Positions 1 to 12,128 are shown, numbered from the stretch's first letter. The stretch is DNA of 64,000 nt from Magallana gigas (GCF_963853765.1 NC_088858.1:38812001-38876000), one strand, 5' to 3'. The notes: a model not told the origin generated them from the sequence alone. A program made the numbers and translations.

Positions 1-516
1 ATTGTTTTGGAAGCATGTGTTTCTTAATGGTTAGGAGAAAAAAAATAATAATTTCATCAGAAATCCCAAGAATGTTGATGCAAAATTATCAAAGCAATCA
101 ACAAGAAATCCTAAAAATATAGCAAGCAATAAATTGTATCATGTACCGTATACCTGTAACCAGAAGGCCTCTTGTTTGTGCATAGCTTAGCCCAACAATG
201 GTTTAAATATGCCATAAAAGTTTTAGAATGAAATGCACAGTAATTTTTTACCAAATGCTTGGAACATATTTAAAATTTCAATTGATATGCATACATACTA
301 GTATAAAGCAATACAGTTGAACATTAATATCTTTCAGATCAATATATTTGATAACAATACCAGAGATATTTCAAAGCGAGTAGTCCCTACCATATAAAAA
401 TCTCTTTATCTTAATCCTTCAATATACATGTATCTCAAAGTTCTCTTCTTAATTTCCATCAAATTCAAGATAAAGATGTGTGTTTGTACTATAGATTGAA
501 TTTTTTAATTTTACAG

Positions 517-1086
517 TTGATTCAACATCTCCTGGAAAAATTCCCCTCCCAACTTTACAAAGTAGTGCTTAAAGAGAACAAAATCAAAGGCAGCATAATA
601 GACAGCATTTCTTCCTATCTGGAGGAAAACGATGACATTTCTGACACATTTAGCATCGAATCCATGAAAATGAAAACAAAATCATCAAGTAAACTGTCCA
701 AATCTAAAACCTCCACACAAAAGAGTTCTACTCTGAAAGACAGCACACGGTATGAGGAGTCCTCCTCAGATGAAGACAAGACTGAGAAAACGGACAGAGA
801 AAAGGAGGAAGAGAGTGACATGAAGGACACAGTGAAAACGGATGAAGATTATCGTGTGCTTGAAATGGCCCTGGAGGAGGGACTGAGCACAGGGAAGATC
901 AGCGCTCTGTCCAATACAATGGAGGAAGATGAAGGGGAGGAAGAGCTGAAGGAAGTTCCTATAACATCCACCACCCATGTCATAAAATTCCCTGACAACA
1001 AACCAAAGACACTCTCTGCAGAAGACTTCAGCGATGACGGAGATGAACTCGAAGAAATACCAGTGTTAAAATATGGCACTGTATGA
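517..1086 (+). CDS. Terminal coding exon of an unidentified protein with an acidic, low-complexity C-terminus (gene begins left of the window)
   Basis: Acceptor ttttacag ends at 516. The frame is open as LIQHLLEKFPSQLY...EEIPVLKYGTV to TGA at 1084-1086. Purine-rich, coding-like composition contrasts with the AT-rich flanks. No family motif recognised. Confidence 0.75.
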   Translation: MIQHLLEKFPSQLYKVVLKENKIKGSIIDSISSYLEENDDISDTFSIESMKMKTKSSSKLSKSKTSTQKSSTLKDSTRYEESSSDEDKTEKTDREKEEESDMKDTVKTDEDYRVLEMALEEGLSTGKISALSNTMEEDEGEEELKEVPITSTTHVIKFPDNKPKTLSAEDFSDDGDELEEIPVLKYGTV

Positions 1087-2526
1087 CATTTTTGTGTAAA
1101 AGACATTTCTTTTTTCCTCCATAGCACCAAACTCCCAATTAAATATCACAAACTTCATTTCAAAACTAACACATATCAATAGTTTTATAAACAACAAGGC
1201 TCTCCATTTTCATGTACAATTACCAATTTTATACATGTAGCTTTAAATTCAGAGTGAAATCAAAATAATTATTGTCTTTAAATATTTATTCCATTTTTCA
1301 TTCATATACCGGTAATCATATTTTTACTGTAATTATCTGAAAATACTATTCGAAAAGATTTCATTCAAAAAAATGTATACACAACATTGATTACATGATC
1401 TGAGGAAATAGTCTTTCATTCATCTGGCATACATTATCAAAATTACCATGAACATTTGTTTACTAGATTCATATTTCAGCAACTTAAATGAATATTCTTC
1501 AACATGATTACCAAAGGAAAACAAACTTTTAGATTTTCTAAGTTTTCTAGATGTAGCACTTTTATATTATAATTGACCTCAATGTATGTGTGGCTTATAT
1601 CCATGATGCATTAAGTTTCACACATCAATATAGACTGTTATGCTTTAATATGTACTTGTTACTCCAAATACTAAATAAAGCTTTAAATGGTACCATAACA
1701 CCAGTCTGCTTTGTCTTAATGAACTCATTTGTGTATACCGGGTACTATAAACTTGCATTTTTTTTTCTGCAGGAGCATATTTTCAGTTTTAATTCCATAA
1801 GGGCATTCTAATGGCATTAAAAGATGCATTATGTCATGCCTGCATGGTCTTTCAAAGACTTTAAAATAGGTACATTTATTTTCCGATATTTCAGATTTAT
1901 TGACTCAAATTTCCAATAAGGATAATTTTAAACATTTTTTAAATTTATTTTTTTTTGTGGGGTTTGAAATATATCTGCAAGATTTACCATAAAATAGCAC
2001 AATGCAGAAAAATCAAGTTAAACATTTTCCTATATTTATAAAAAAAAACTTTAATACAGACATCTTCCAATAGATTCATTATGGAATCAAAAATTCATTA
2101 AATCATGTGGCATTAAAAAAAGCTGTAATAGTAAAGAAGTCACACTGAGAAAACATTGTATAAATAGGCTATTGTACTCTTTCATATTTCCATGCCAATT
2201 AACTCTTCAAAAATCAAAGAGCAATTGAAATGCCATAAACATTCTTAAAAGAATAAAGCCTGACACTATTATAGTACAGTTACTTGAATAAGTTAACATA
2301 TTCTAAAATGTACACAATGAAACAAATATTGAACGTTTGATAGAAAATAAAAAAAGAAATTAGAAACATACACCTGAAAAATAAAACCATCTTCATTGTA
2401 CATACTTGGTCATTAAATCTTTACAGTTCGAAGATTTCTGTAAATAACTGTTCCAGATCAGACAGTTTAAGAAATTATAAGAGGTCAATTAGTTTAAATA
2501 TAGAATTTCCTGAAGCATGAACATGA

Positions 2527-5500
2527 TCAAACTGCCTTCGAGTTTTTCTGCTTCTTTTTCTTCTTTTTTTCTGAGGGAGGGGTGGGCGGGGGGTAGTCAA
2601 ACTTCAGTTTCCTGGGGGTCATGAACTGTTTGACAACATCATCGGTGAGGGAGGCCCTTCTCTGCCTGTGTTCTCCCACCAGCTTCTGTAGGATTTCCAC
2701 CAATTCTTTCTTCAGGAACCCCGTCAACAGTTCTCCACTAGTATATGTCTACAAACAAATACTGCCTCGCTATAAATATTTGTACATTGATGGAAAAACT
2801 CTAGAATCATTAGATTTCATAGCAGCTTACCTCTTACAAACAAATTTGCATACACAGCAAATTATGAAAAACAGTGTTAATTCATAAATCATAGAAATAA
2901 ATCAGCAAAATTGTGTCCCATATAAAAACTTGACTTTTCAGATTGAATAATTCTGTCACCTACTGGTGCACATATAAATCAAAGTGTATACAGTAGAAAA
3001 TATTTCCTATTCAAGACTAGAAATGATTCCTTTTTCTGACCTTTCTGATTTCCTCCAGTCTATCATCATCCTCCATGAAGAATGTCAGATACTGAAAAGA
3101 CACGTCCACATCACAGTTACCTCCCTTCTCCTTGTGTTCCTCCACAGTCGCTCCACCTCCAGAGAAAGCATACTTGTTGATCTGAAAAGTAGAAGCCAAA
3201 ATTTTTTATTTCATCAAAAATGAAAATACCCTGTACAGTGTTTTTTTTTTTCATCTTTCTTTGCCTCTCCCATAATCTGCAATATGCCCTCAACATTTAA
3301 ATTTTCTTTCTTTTTTTTGGAGAGCCATCACCTTGAGAAGTCAATTGAATAAAAAAAAAAAGAGAATTGAATATGCTCCAGTTAGCAATATCAATAAGGA
3401 CCGCTTTCTTCACAAGCAAGCAGAATGTTCTCAAGATATTTAGTGGACAATAATAAAGTTCCATTACCTTATCCTTGATCTGTTTGTCTGAATCGGTTAC
3501 AAAGATGGAGGAGGTGGGGTCGCTGGCGCTCATCTTGGTCTGGGCACCCTGGAGGGCCGGGAAGAAGGTGGAGTGAATCAGAGCAGGCTTCAGACAGTTC
3601 ATCCGCGGGGCCACATCACGAGTCATCCGGAAGTAGGGATCCTTAAAAATAAAATACATCACGAGTCATTCAGAAGTACGGGTCCTTAAAAATAGGTTAT
3701 ATGCAGGATTTACTTTGTTTCCAATGTAATATTAAAAAATTCCTATCCCTCTAAGAATAAATATACATAAGGTAGGATTTTTCACGTAAGGTTTTTATTT
3801 TTATACCCCCGCTCCGAAGGAGAGGGGGTATACTGTTTTACCCTTGTGTGTCTGTCTGTCCGTCTGTCTGTCCGTCCGTAACAAAAAAGTTTGTCGCATT
3901 TATCTCAGCAACTATTTATCGCAGATGCTTGAAATTTTAACACAGCGTTTGTTAAGGCATGCCATATCGTGGGATATATTTTTGTACCAATCGGACGTCA
4001 ACTTCCTGTTGAATGACGACTTTGCTTATTTTTTAACCAAAATTTTCAAACAAATTTTCATCAAAAATTCTCAGCAACTGTTTATCGCAGATGCTTGAAA
4101 TTTTTACACAGTATTTGTATAGGCATGCCATATCGTGGGATATATTTTTGTACCAATCAGACGTCAACTTCCTGTTAAATGACGACTGTTTATTTTTTGC
4201 AAAAATTTTCAAACAAATTTCCGTCAAAGAATTCTCAGCAACTATTTATCGCAGATGCTTGAAATTTTAACACACTATTTGTTTAGGCATGCCATATTGT
4301 GGGATATATTTTTGTATCAATCGGACGTCAACTTCCTGTTAAATGATGACTTTGTTTATTTTTTGCAAAAATTTTCAAACAAATTTCCGTCAAAGAATTC
4401 TCAGCAACTATTTATCGCAGATGCTTGAAATTTTAACACACTATTTGTTTAGGCATGCCATATTGTGGGATATATTTTTGTATCAATCGGACGTCAACTT
4501 CCTGTTAAATGATGACTTTGTTTATTTTTTGCCAAAATTTTCCAACAAATTTTCATCAAAGATTTCTCAGCAGCTATTTATCGCAGATGCTTGAAATTTT
4601 TACACAGTGTTTGTTAAGGCATGCCATATTGTGGGATATATTTTTGTACCAATCGGATGTCATCTTCCTGTTAAATGAGTACTTTGTTTATTTTAGCCAA
4701 AATTTTCAAACAAATTTTCCTCAAAGATTTCTCAGCAGCTATTTATCGCAGATGCTTGAAATTTTAACACACTATTTGTTTAGGCATACCATATTGTGGG
4801 ATATATTTCTGTACCAATCGGATGCCAGCTTTCTGTTAAATGTCGACTTTGCTTATTTTGCATATTCACATCAGAGCGGGGGTATCACTAGTGAGCATTG
4901 GCTCACAGATTTCTTGTTTATTTCTGATATAAGTTATGGTACCTGTGATTTACAGCTTACCTGATCAATTGCACATGGAATGAGGCAAGGGATGTCTGAG
5001 CGGCCATTAAATATTTCCGGGAAGGACGAGCTGAAGCTGGGAGAGGCCTGGATGGCTGGAAAACTGATCTTTCCGATACAGTCACTGTCCCCGAAACCAA
5101 AGATCCCCTTCACCTGGTTGTAGGTCACCAGTTTCTGAACTCGGCACATGTTTCTGTAGAATGCCGGACTGTTTCTAAAATAGAGTATTAGCCTCTTTAT
5201 CAGCACCTGTTCATAATTTTGGTGAAGGCTGTCAATATAAACTATAAACAAATATTGACTGGGGTTGAAGGCAACATTGATTATATTAGCCCCTTGAGGA
5301 CTAAAAGTTGCACAACGTGAAGTATGTGTGTGGACATGACTTGGTTGCGAAAATCAGCTGTAGCAAATTAGTTTATCCCCAGTATATCGCGAAATAAACT
5401 CTTTGCCAATAAAAGTTAATTACAGTTAAAATAATTTTGCTTGTTTTCAGACAATAATGTTTATGTCCCATTGGAATGAAAATATTGATTTTTCTCTGAG

Positions 5501-7148
5501 ACTATATAATCAAAGTTGCTCCAGTCAATATTTGTACACTGTACAGCATAAAAAAAATGCACACTATAGAAAACATTTCAAGTTTTTAAATATGTATATC
5601 ATATCTACCGGTACTTACGATATAAAGTCCAAATCACTAAAAATGAAAGTCTTTTCAATATCAAATCCACAGGCAATAATGTCTTTGGCATTTTCAAATG
5701 CCATGTGATTGGCTTGTTCCAGAGTGAGGTCCTTCCACAGGTATTTCTCATCGTCCGTCAGCTGTATAACGAGTGGGACATCAAAAGTGTCCTGTAACCA
5801 TCTGTGGACAAAATTGACAGTCAGCTTGAGATACCATTCATTATACACTTCTTCATACATAATGGTACTCTCCAAACAACATGTACCAGACTTATAAAAG
5901 GGCTCTACAGTCATTTTAGCATATACCGGTACATTTATCACACATTCAATGCAACATATTTTCCTCATTACATCATTGCACATTTCTGAATCATGTTCTT
6001 CAGCCTTTGCTATTTCACAATTCTTTATCACATTATTATTGTATTGTTGATACTTTAAATCAGATGTTTTGTCCGATACAATATTTAATAATGCTAAATA
6101 CAAGTAGCACAGATAACCTAACTCATTCAAATTTAGTTCATCTATTCCATCACCTTACAATTTGTTCAACGCAATTACTTTGGTATTAACAACATTCAGT
6201 TCATTGTCAATACACTAAAACTAAAGATTGTATTATGGTTTGCTTTCAAAATGTAATAAATACCGGGTAACAATTTCTGAATAAAATATTTAATACAAAA
6301 GTAAACTGTCATACTTGGTAAAGATGAATGGAATAAGATGACCCATGTGCATGGAGTCAGAAGATGGGCCTCTTCCTGTGTACAAGTAGAAGGGCTTCTT
6401 TTGTTCATACAAGTCCAGGATGATGTGCATATCTCTGGATAGTAAAAAAAAAATACATGCAAGGTGAAAAAAACAACCAAATACAATAAAGTATGCACCG
6501 TACACTAATTTTTTTACTGCCACAAGGAGTAAACAAACCATGCCACACACCTTTGAGAAAAGAATTTTCCTCTTCGCAGTAAATGGTGAACAGGTTTTCC
6601 TGTGACTTTTTCAATCCTCTGCAACAAGGCATCATCTATTTTGGTGCTTCCAAACCTCTCTATCATTAAAAATAAAAATCATCAGCAATGATTGTACGTG
6701 TCAGTCAAAAGCAACATCTTAAACACAATGAATACGAATATGTATGATGAGTCTTAGACATATTTATGAGAGTTTGTAGTATGAAGAGATACACAAGCCT
6801 ACAATGTAAGTACTTGTACAAAATAAACCTATAAGTATCAAACTAACATAATTTTGATCCTTAGTTACTATAAAATGATGAAAGATTTATAGTTATTATT
6901 AAAAATCTTATAAACTTTGCATAGTCTCACAAAAAAATATTCTGGAACATAATTCATATTATCTGTTGTGTGTCTACATATTCCTTGCACAAGAATATCG
7001 ACTGCTTACTTATGAGTTTATCATAATCCACGCCTGTTGCTGAGTTTGTTGCCACTTCCCATGGATTCACTACATCATCTTCATCCACTTTATCCATTTT
7101 TTCGTCTTTTATTGAAACGTCTTCCATTTGTTGTGTTGGCTCAGTCAT
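2527..7148 (-). CDS. WARS1: Cytoplasmic tryptophanyl-tRNA synthetase, 433 aa, no N-terminal WHEP domain
   Basis: Exons 7148-7010, 6659-6551, 6434-6315, 5801-5619, 5174-4961, 3641-3468, 3181-3041, 2748-2527. All introns are GT-AG and the 1302 nt total stays in frame. Motifs: [27 protein letters not shown] (HIGH-like), [32 protein letters not shown] (KMSKS-like), KYAFSGG, FMTPRKL. Confidence 0.97.
3799..4918 (-). mobile_element. Non-autonomous Helentron (HINE/pearl-like) element carrying a ~166-bp tandem array, in WARS intron 5
   Basis: Subterminal inverted repeat ATACCCCCGCT (3803-3813) / AGCGGGGGTAT (4875-4885). GTCT/GTCC microsatellite ~3848-3878. Hairpin GTGAGC..GCTCAC at 4891-4906. AACAAGA terminus on the minus strand. 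Internal array of ~6 units. Confidence 0.85.
3895..4860. repeat. ~166-bp satellite-like tandem array (~6 copies)
   Basis: TCTCAGCA(A/G)CT..TTATCGCAGATGCTTGAAATTTT recurs at ~3903, 4069, 4233, 4399, 4565 and 4730. Units 3 and 4 are near-identical. Confidence 0.95.
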
Positions 7149-7718
7149 AATTGCTAAACTTTCTTCAGTGTGACTACCGTATGTCTAAAGTGTTGTCACA
7201 CGTGTTGCATCACCTACTTTCACATTTGACAGACTAAAAATGAGTGGCCTAATATACGAAAGAACTATTTATCGTAACAAATATAATTACTTGATTTCAA
7301 ATCAATCGATCAAATAAGATAAAATTGTTGAGTTAAATACATTTGAATATACTGATTGTAATTTTTACATAAAAATAAACGTAATAGAGTTTACGAATAA
7401 TTTTATTTGATTACTTAATTTTCGTCTACTGATTTTAGTAAAACCGTAATTCAACATGGCTGCGCCCATTACTTAGGAGGAACTTATATCGGTGTCTTAT
7501 TTATTGGTGAATGCGAACGATCTAAGTAGAAGGAACGTGAAGATGAATGGAATGAAAATGCACATTGCACAAATAGAATAACTATATATGCCCTAAAAAC
7601 CTCCCAATTGTCAACTGTTCAAGAATTCACATGTGGAAATGGTTTGCCAATGATAAGGTATGTCCTTTAACATGTTTAATAGCCGATGTCTTCATTTTTA
7701 GTTTGGAAACATATTGGA
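7149..7718. promoter_or_regulatory. Bidirectional promoter/5'UTR region between WARS1 and WDR25
   Basis: Divergent start codons at 7148 (-) and 7719 (+). Contains E-box CACGTG 7199-7204, ATF4/CARE-like TTGCATCA 7205-7212, YY1-like CAACATGGCTGC ~7452-7463, and a splice acceptor at 7700-7701. Confidence 0.7.
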
Positions 7719-10666
7719 ATGGATTTACTGAAAGGTTATTCTGACGATAGTGGAACTGAGGATGCAGAACAATGTGTAGAGAATGATGAAGAAAGTAGAT
7801 CAGCTGTTGGTTCCAGTAAAAAGACAGAGTTAAACAGTGGGGGCCATTCAGCCATTGACTTCTTTGGTTTGAAAGATGATTGTGAGGAGGAGCCTGAAGA
7901 ACCACCATCAAAGAAAACTAAGGAGTATAAAATTGGATCAAAGGGGTCAGAGGTGCAGGTTGAAGTCCCTGACAGTGATTTTTGGAAAAACTTTACTCCT
8001 CCAGATGATCTGCAGGAATATAGTGGGATACTGAAAAAGAATAAAGATCAGCATCTGCATTCACTGGAGGGTAAGAGAGAGAGGGTTCAAAGTTTTCAGC
8101 AAAACTGTGCTCAGCAGACTAAAAGAAGACATTTTAATAAACGTGGAATACATGAACAGATTTCTCACAGTGGAGCACAGGGGTCATCATTCAGGACATG
8201 TCATTCTCAGAAGAGTCCTTCCACTAATGTTGAACACACTCAAAGGCAACTGTTTTACATACACTCAAAGATATCACCTCATTTAACAAAGACGTGTAAC
8301 ATTCAAAATAGGTATCCACAAAAAATTGAGAGAGAAGTAGATGATTATAAAGAGACAGTGAATCGGGTGGTGTGGAACAATCCACCCTACTGTCATTTGT
8401 TCCTGTCAGCTTCTATGGATGGATCCGTACGGATATGGAACATTTGGACTCAACTGTCCCCCTGTGTGCAGTCTCTATGTGTCCATAAACGGGCTGTGAA
8501 AGATGCCGTCTGGAGCCAAGATGGAAGACATGTTCTAAGCTGCAGCTATGACAAGACTGCAAAATGGATTGATGTAGATAAAGGTATTCCATGGTTTCAA
8601 TAATATTCATTAGGATAAATTTTTAATGGATTTGTAAAATACACTTTTAAGGATACATAAATTTTGGGGTCAAGGGCTGTACTAATTATAAATACAATTT
8701 AATGCCATGGTTCTTACTTCAAGTGAAACTCAGTTATTTATCAATGTAATCCATGAAAACAGCATCCTTTTGTTTAATAAAATTCTTCTTTTGTCTAATT
8801 ACAGGTAGTGTTTTATCTACTTTTGGTCAGTCTTCTTTTGTCACAAGCTGTAAAGTCCATCCCAATGACCCCCATCTCAGCATCACTGGGGGTCAGAACG
8901 TGATCCACTGCTGGGACAACAGACACAGCCAGTCTCCCTGCAGGACCTACACTTACAAGGACTCCTTTGGTCAGGTGGGTACATGGGGTAACAAAAACTA
9001 ACTACCGTACATATTGGCTTGATATTTAAGGGGGCTGGATGATAAACAATATTTACTGTCAGATCTACCTTAAAATTGTAGAAATGGTATATTGGCTTGA
9101 TATTTAAGGGGGCTGGATGATTAACAATATTTACTGTCAGATCTACCGGTACCTTAAAATTGTAGAAATGGTATTTTAAGCCATAAACTGTTATTTAGTA
9201 ACTAAAGAAAAAATTTGTATTTTAGATTTTAAATCTGAAAATTTCCTATATATATTACCGGTAAATGTATTTATAGTACATACCGGGTATATATTATTTA
9301 CTACATGTACTAAGCTCTCCTTCCAAATAAGATTAATATAGTTTTAAAAAGGCCATAACCATCATGCCCTCAAATATAAATATTTTTTTAGATTATACAG
9401 TTGAGTTGTCTCCCTTACACTATTAGTGGTAAATTCATCTTCACAACAAGGAGAAATTTGTCTTTTTCTTAATGATATTTTGGTTACTTCTAATGGACTA
9501 AGTCCCTCCCAGAAATAATGAACGCTACACATTTATTTCTTTAAAAAAAAATATTAAGTATAATGATCTTCTTTGTAAACTGTTCACAGGTTCAGGATCT
9601 ACTATTCAGCAGGGATGGAGACATCTTTTTCTCAGCAGGAGATGAGATTAGCCGAGACACTGCGGACAGGAACATCATGGCCTGGGATTTTAGGTCGACC
9701 AGTGCCATATCTAATCAGATCTATCAGGTCAGCTGAACTTTATCATAATATTTTTTTTATCACAAAAATATACCTATATTTTATAGTGTGATGCTTTCTA
9801 CTATTTGTTTGGTATATTTTGTGTATCAGTATAGTCTTGAGTGTGTCTTAAAATAAAGATAAATCTAATAATAGTTGCTAAAGATATAAACTACATGAAA
9901 ACTGATTTTCTGATCAATTTTCTCAAAAAATTGCATCCACCAACCATCAATTTACATTTTTACCAGTACTTCCTGCAAACTGGGTGTTTACTACGTATAT
10001 GTTTATCATTTATCAATAATTTCTATTACTCCATATAGGAGAGGTACAGTTGTACCCGCCTGAAGCTTCATCCTACATCTGGACATTTTCTTGCCCAGTC
10101 TCATGGAAACTATATAGCCCTCTTCTCCGTCAACAAGCCATTCAAGATGAACAAAGCAAAGCGCTTTGAGGGTCACAAGGTGAGTTCTTTATTTCACATG
10201 AACCTACCGTATCTACTGAAACCATGCAGAAACGCAGAAGACTAAAACAAGTGTTCCTTCAACCATAAGCAAACATTAATGCCAGGTCTATATAAACTTT
10301 CATTGGCTGGAATGATGAGAAAGCATAATGTATACATTCAACCAGCATACATTTATCTTCTCTCCCCCCAAAAATATGATCATTGATTTTAAAATGATAT
10401 TTCTCTATATGCAATGAAATTTAAAATGAGTTTTCCGGTTTCAGCTGTCTGGATATTCTATTGGATTTGACATTTCTCCCGATGGATCATTAGTTTTAAG
10501 TGGGGATAGTTCCGGACAGGTTTTCTGCTACAACTTCCAGACAGGCAGGATCATCAAGAAGATCCAGACAGGTCTGGATGTAGTCATGGATGTAAGCTTC
10601 AATCCAGTCTTGTCTTCAACCACTGCAGTGTGTGGATGGAATGGGAAGATACAAGTCCTGAGTTAA
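7719..10666 (+). CDS. WDR25: WD repeat-containing protein 25 ortholog, 511 aa
   Basis: Exons 7719-8583, 8805-8974, 9590-9727, 10039-10179, 10445-10666 (GT-AG, 1536 nt). N-terminus MDLLKGYSDDS. Segments ADRNIMAWDFRSTSAISNQIYQERY, AQSHGNYIALFS, KRFEGHKLSGYSIG and NPVLSSTTAVCGWNG follow the WDR25 pattern as I recall it. Confidence 0.92.
9011..9174. repeat. 78-bp direct tandem duplication (2 copies) in WDR25 intron
   Basis: ATATTGGCTTGATATTTAAGGGGGCTGGATGA...GTAGAAATGGTA starts at 9011 and 9089. The second copy has a 6-bp insertion near 9146-9151. Confidence 0.95.
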
Positions 10667-11827
10667 ATTCCACATATTTGAAAGTGTCCAGCAGTTAGTT
10701 ATAGCAACCCATAATTCAGGAAGAAAAGATTTTAAAGTTCATCTGAATGAAAGTTTGTTCCAGCAGAGATCTACTCTGTTGTCTTGTGGATAAAGAGAGA
10801 TGGTCAACATCAACAAATGTCAAGCAAGATGCACTGATATCAACACTACCTCAGATCTGCAGAAAAGGTGATAATTCAATGGCAGGTTTTCTAGCTCTCT
10901 TTTACTTAATAACTATGTAAGATCTGTGTTTTCTTAATATCATTTATTGAGTTTTTAAAATTTTGGCACATCAAAATGAAAGATAACACAAGGGCTAAAC
11001 ACACTCCAGAGTTGAAATGATATATCATATATCAGGTTGTTTTGGCATTGGGAATATTTGGCAAATTTAGTCTAAAAAATGTTCATTGCTGAATATTTGT
11101 ACCCGTTATTGGAAATTGCTGCTTCAATTTTGGCTATCATTTTTTATGCACTAAATAAGCCAACTTTTCTAATTTCCCCCCAAAACCTGATATATATAGT
11201 TTTACAAACAAGTACATGTGCTTTATAGCATTAATTAGCTTGTAGTGATAAAAAAAACCATACAGAAAAAGTAATTCTATCTATTGTGATAAATTTCATT
11301 CATTATAAAACTCCCAGAAACTTGCATGTTAATTAACACATATCATATAACAAGTACCAGAATTTTTCTCAGGACTATTGAATTTCAGGAGGTCTCTCTA
11401 TCAAAAATTGGTACATGTACTTAACATTCCATAGGAATGAGAGACCCAAAAATAGTTTTAATGCAACAACCACATACATACACATAGGCTTAAACCAGTG
11501 CAGTGCATTGACTCATCTGTGCTATTCAAGTGTCAGATTCATTATATTCATCTACCCCTTTGCAGATTTGGCCTAATTCATAATACAGTTCTGATGATTT
11601 ATTGTTCTTGAAAAAAAAGACAGTTGTGTTTACAATGACTACATCATCACTAGTCCTAAATATCTTGAATGAACTCTATAGCTTTTAAAATCATTTATCA
11701 GAACCTTTAAGAGCACATGATCACAATGTTTGCAAATCAGAGAGACACTTCATAACATTTTCACACCAATTTCAAAGCATATAGACAATACATCATTCTA
11801 GCAAATACTGGTACATGTACAAATGTA

Positions 11828-12046
11828 CTGTAAATCAACTCCTGTAAACCAATTTTTATTTTGCTATCCTCAAGTTTTCAATTGGATCACAGTGACTAAT
11901 TTCTGCAACCAAACCTACATAGATAATCTTTAACAAATACATAAAAATTCAGTGATGATTTGTGGGGAGAAATATTTTAAGAAGCTGAGATTCTAGTGAT
12001 TTTAACTAAATAATGTTTCACATAAGTAAGATTTAATGGTTTACAG
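11828..12046. mobile_element. Degenerate TA-flanked MITE (Tc1/mariner-type ends)
   Basis: TA|CTGTAAA at 11826-11834 and TTTACAG|TA ending 12046-12048 form short terminal inverted repeats flanked by TA. Confidence 0.5.
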
Positions 12047-12124
12047 TAGGGTGTTGCAGTGAATAAAATTCATATGACTTGGTCTTATTGATGTTTTGTT
12101 TGGTTGTGTGATTCATGGTGACAT

Positions 12125-12128
<4 letters not shown>

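Noticed and set aside
2527-2570. K-Ras4B-like polybasic-CAAX membrane anchor on WARS
   Set aside because: The tail ends SKAV with no cysteine, so it cannot be prenylated. It is kept only as a polybasic extension.
3844-4964. Repetitive ORFs (..[18 protein letters not shown]..) in the ORF track
   Set aside because: They are translations of the 166-bp satellite array inside a WARS intron. The period is not a multiple of 3 and there is no splice or protein-family support.
7686-7718. ORF-track start of WDR25 at 7686 (MSSFLVWKHIG)
   Set aside because: 7686 lies upstream of a good acceptor (ttcatttttag, 7701). The ATG at 7719 gives the family-like MDLLKGYSDDS start.
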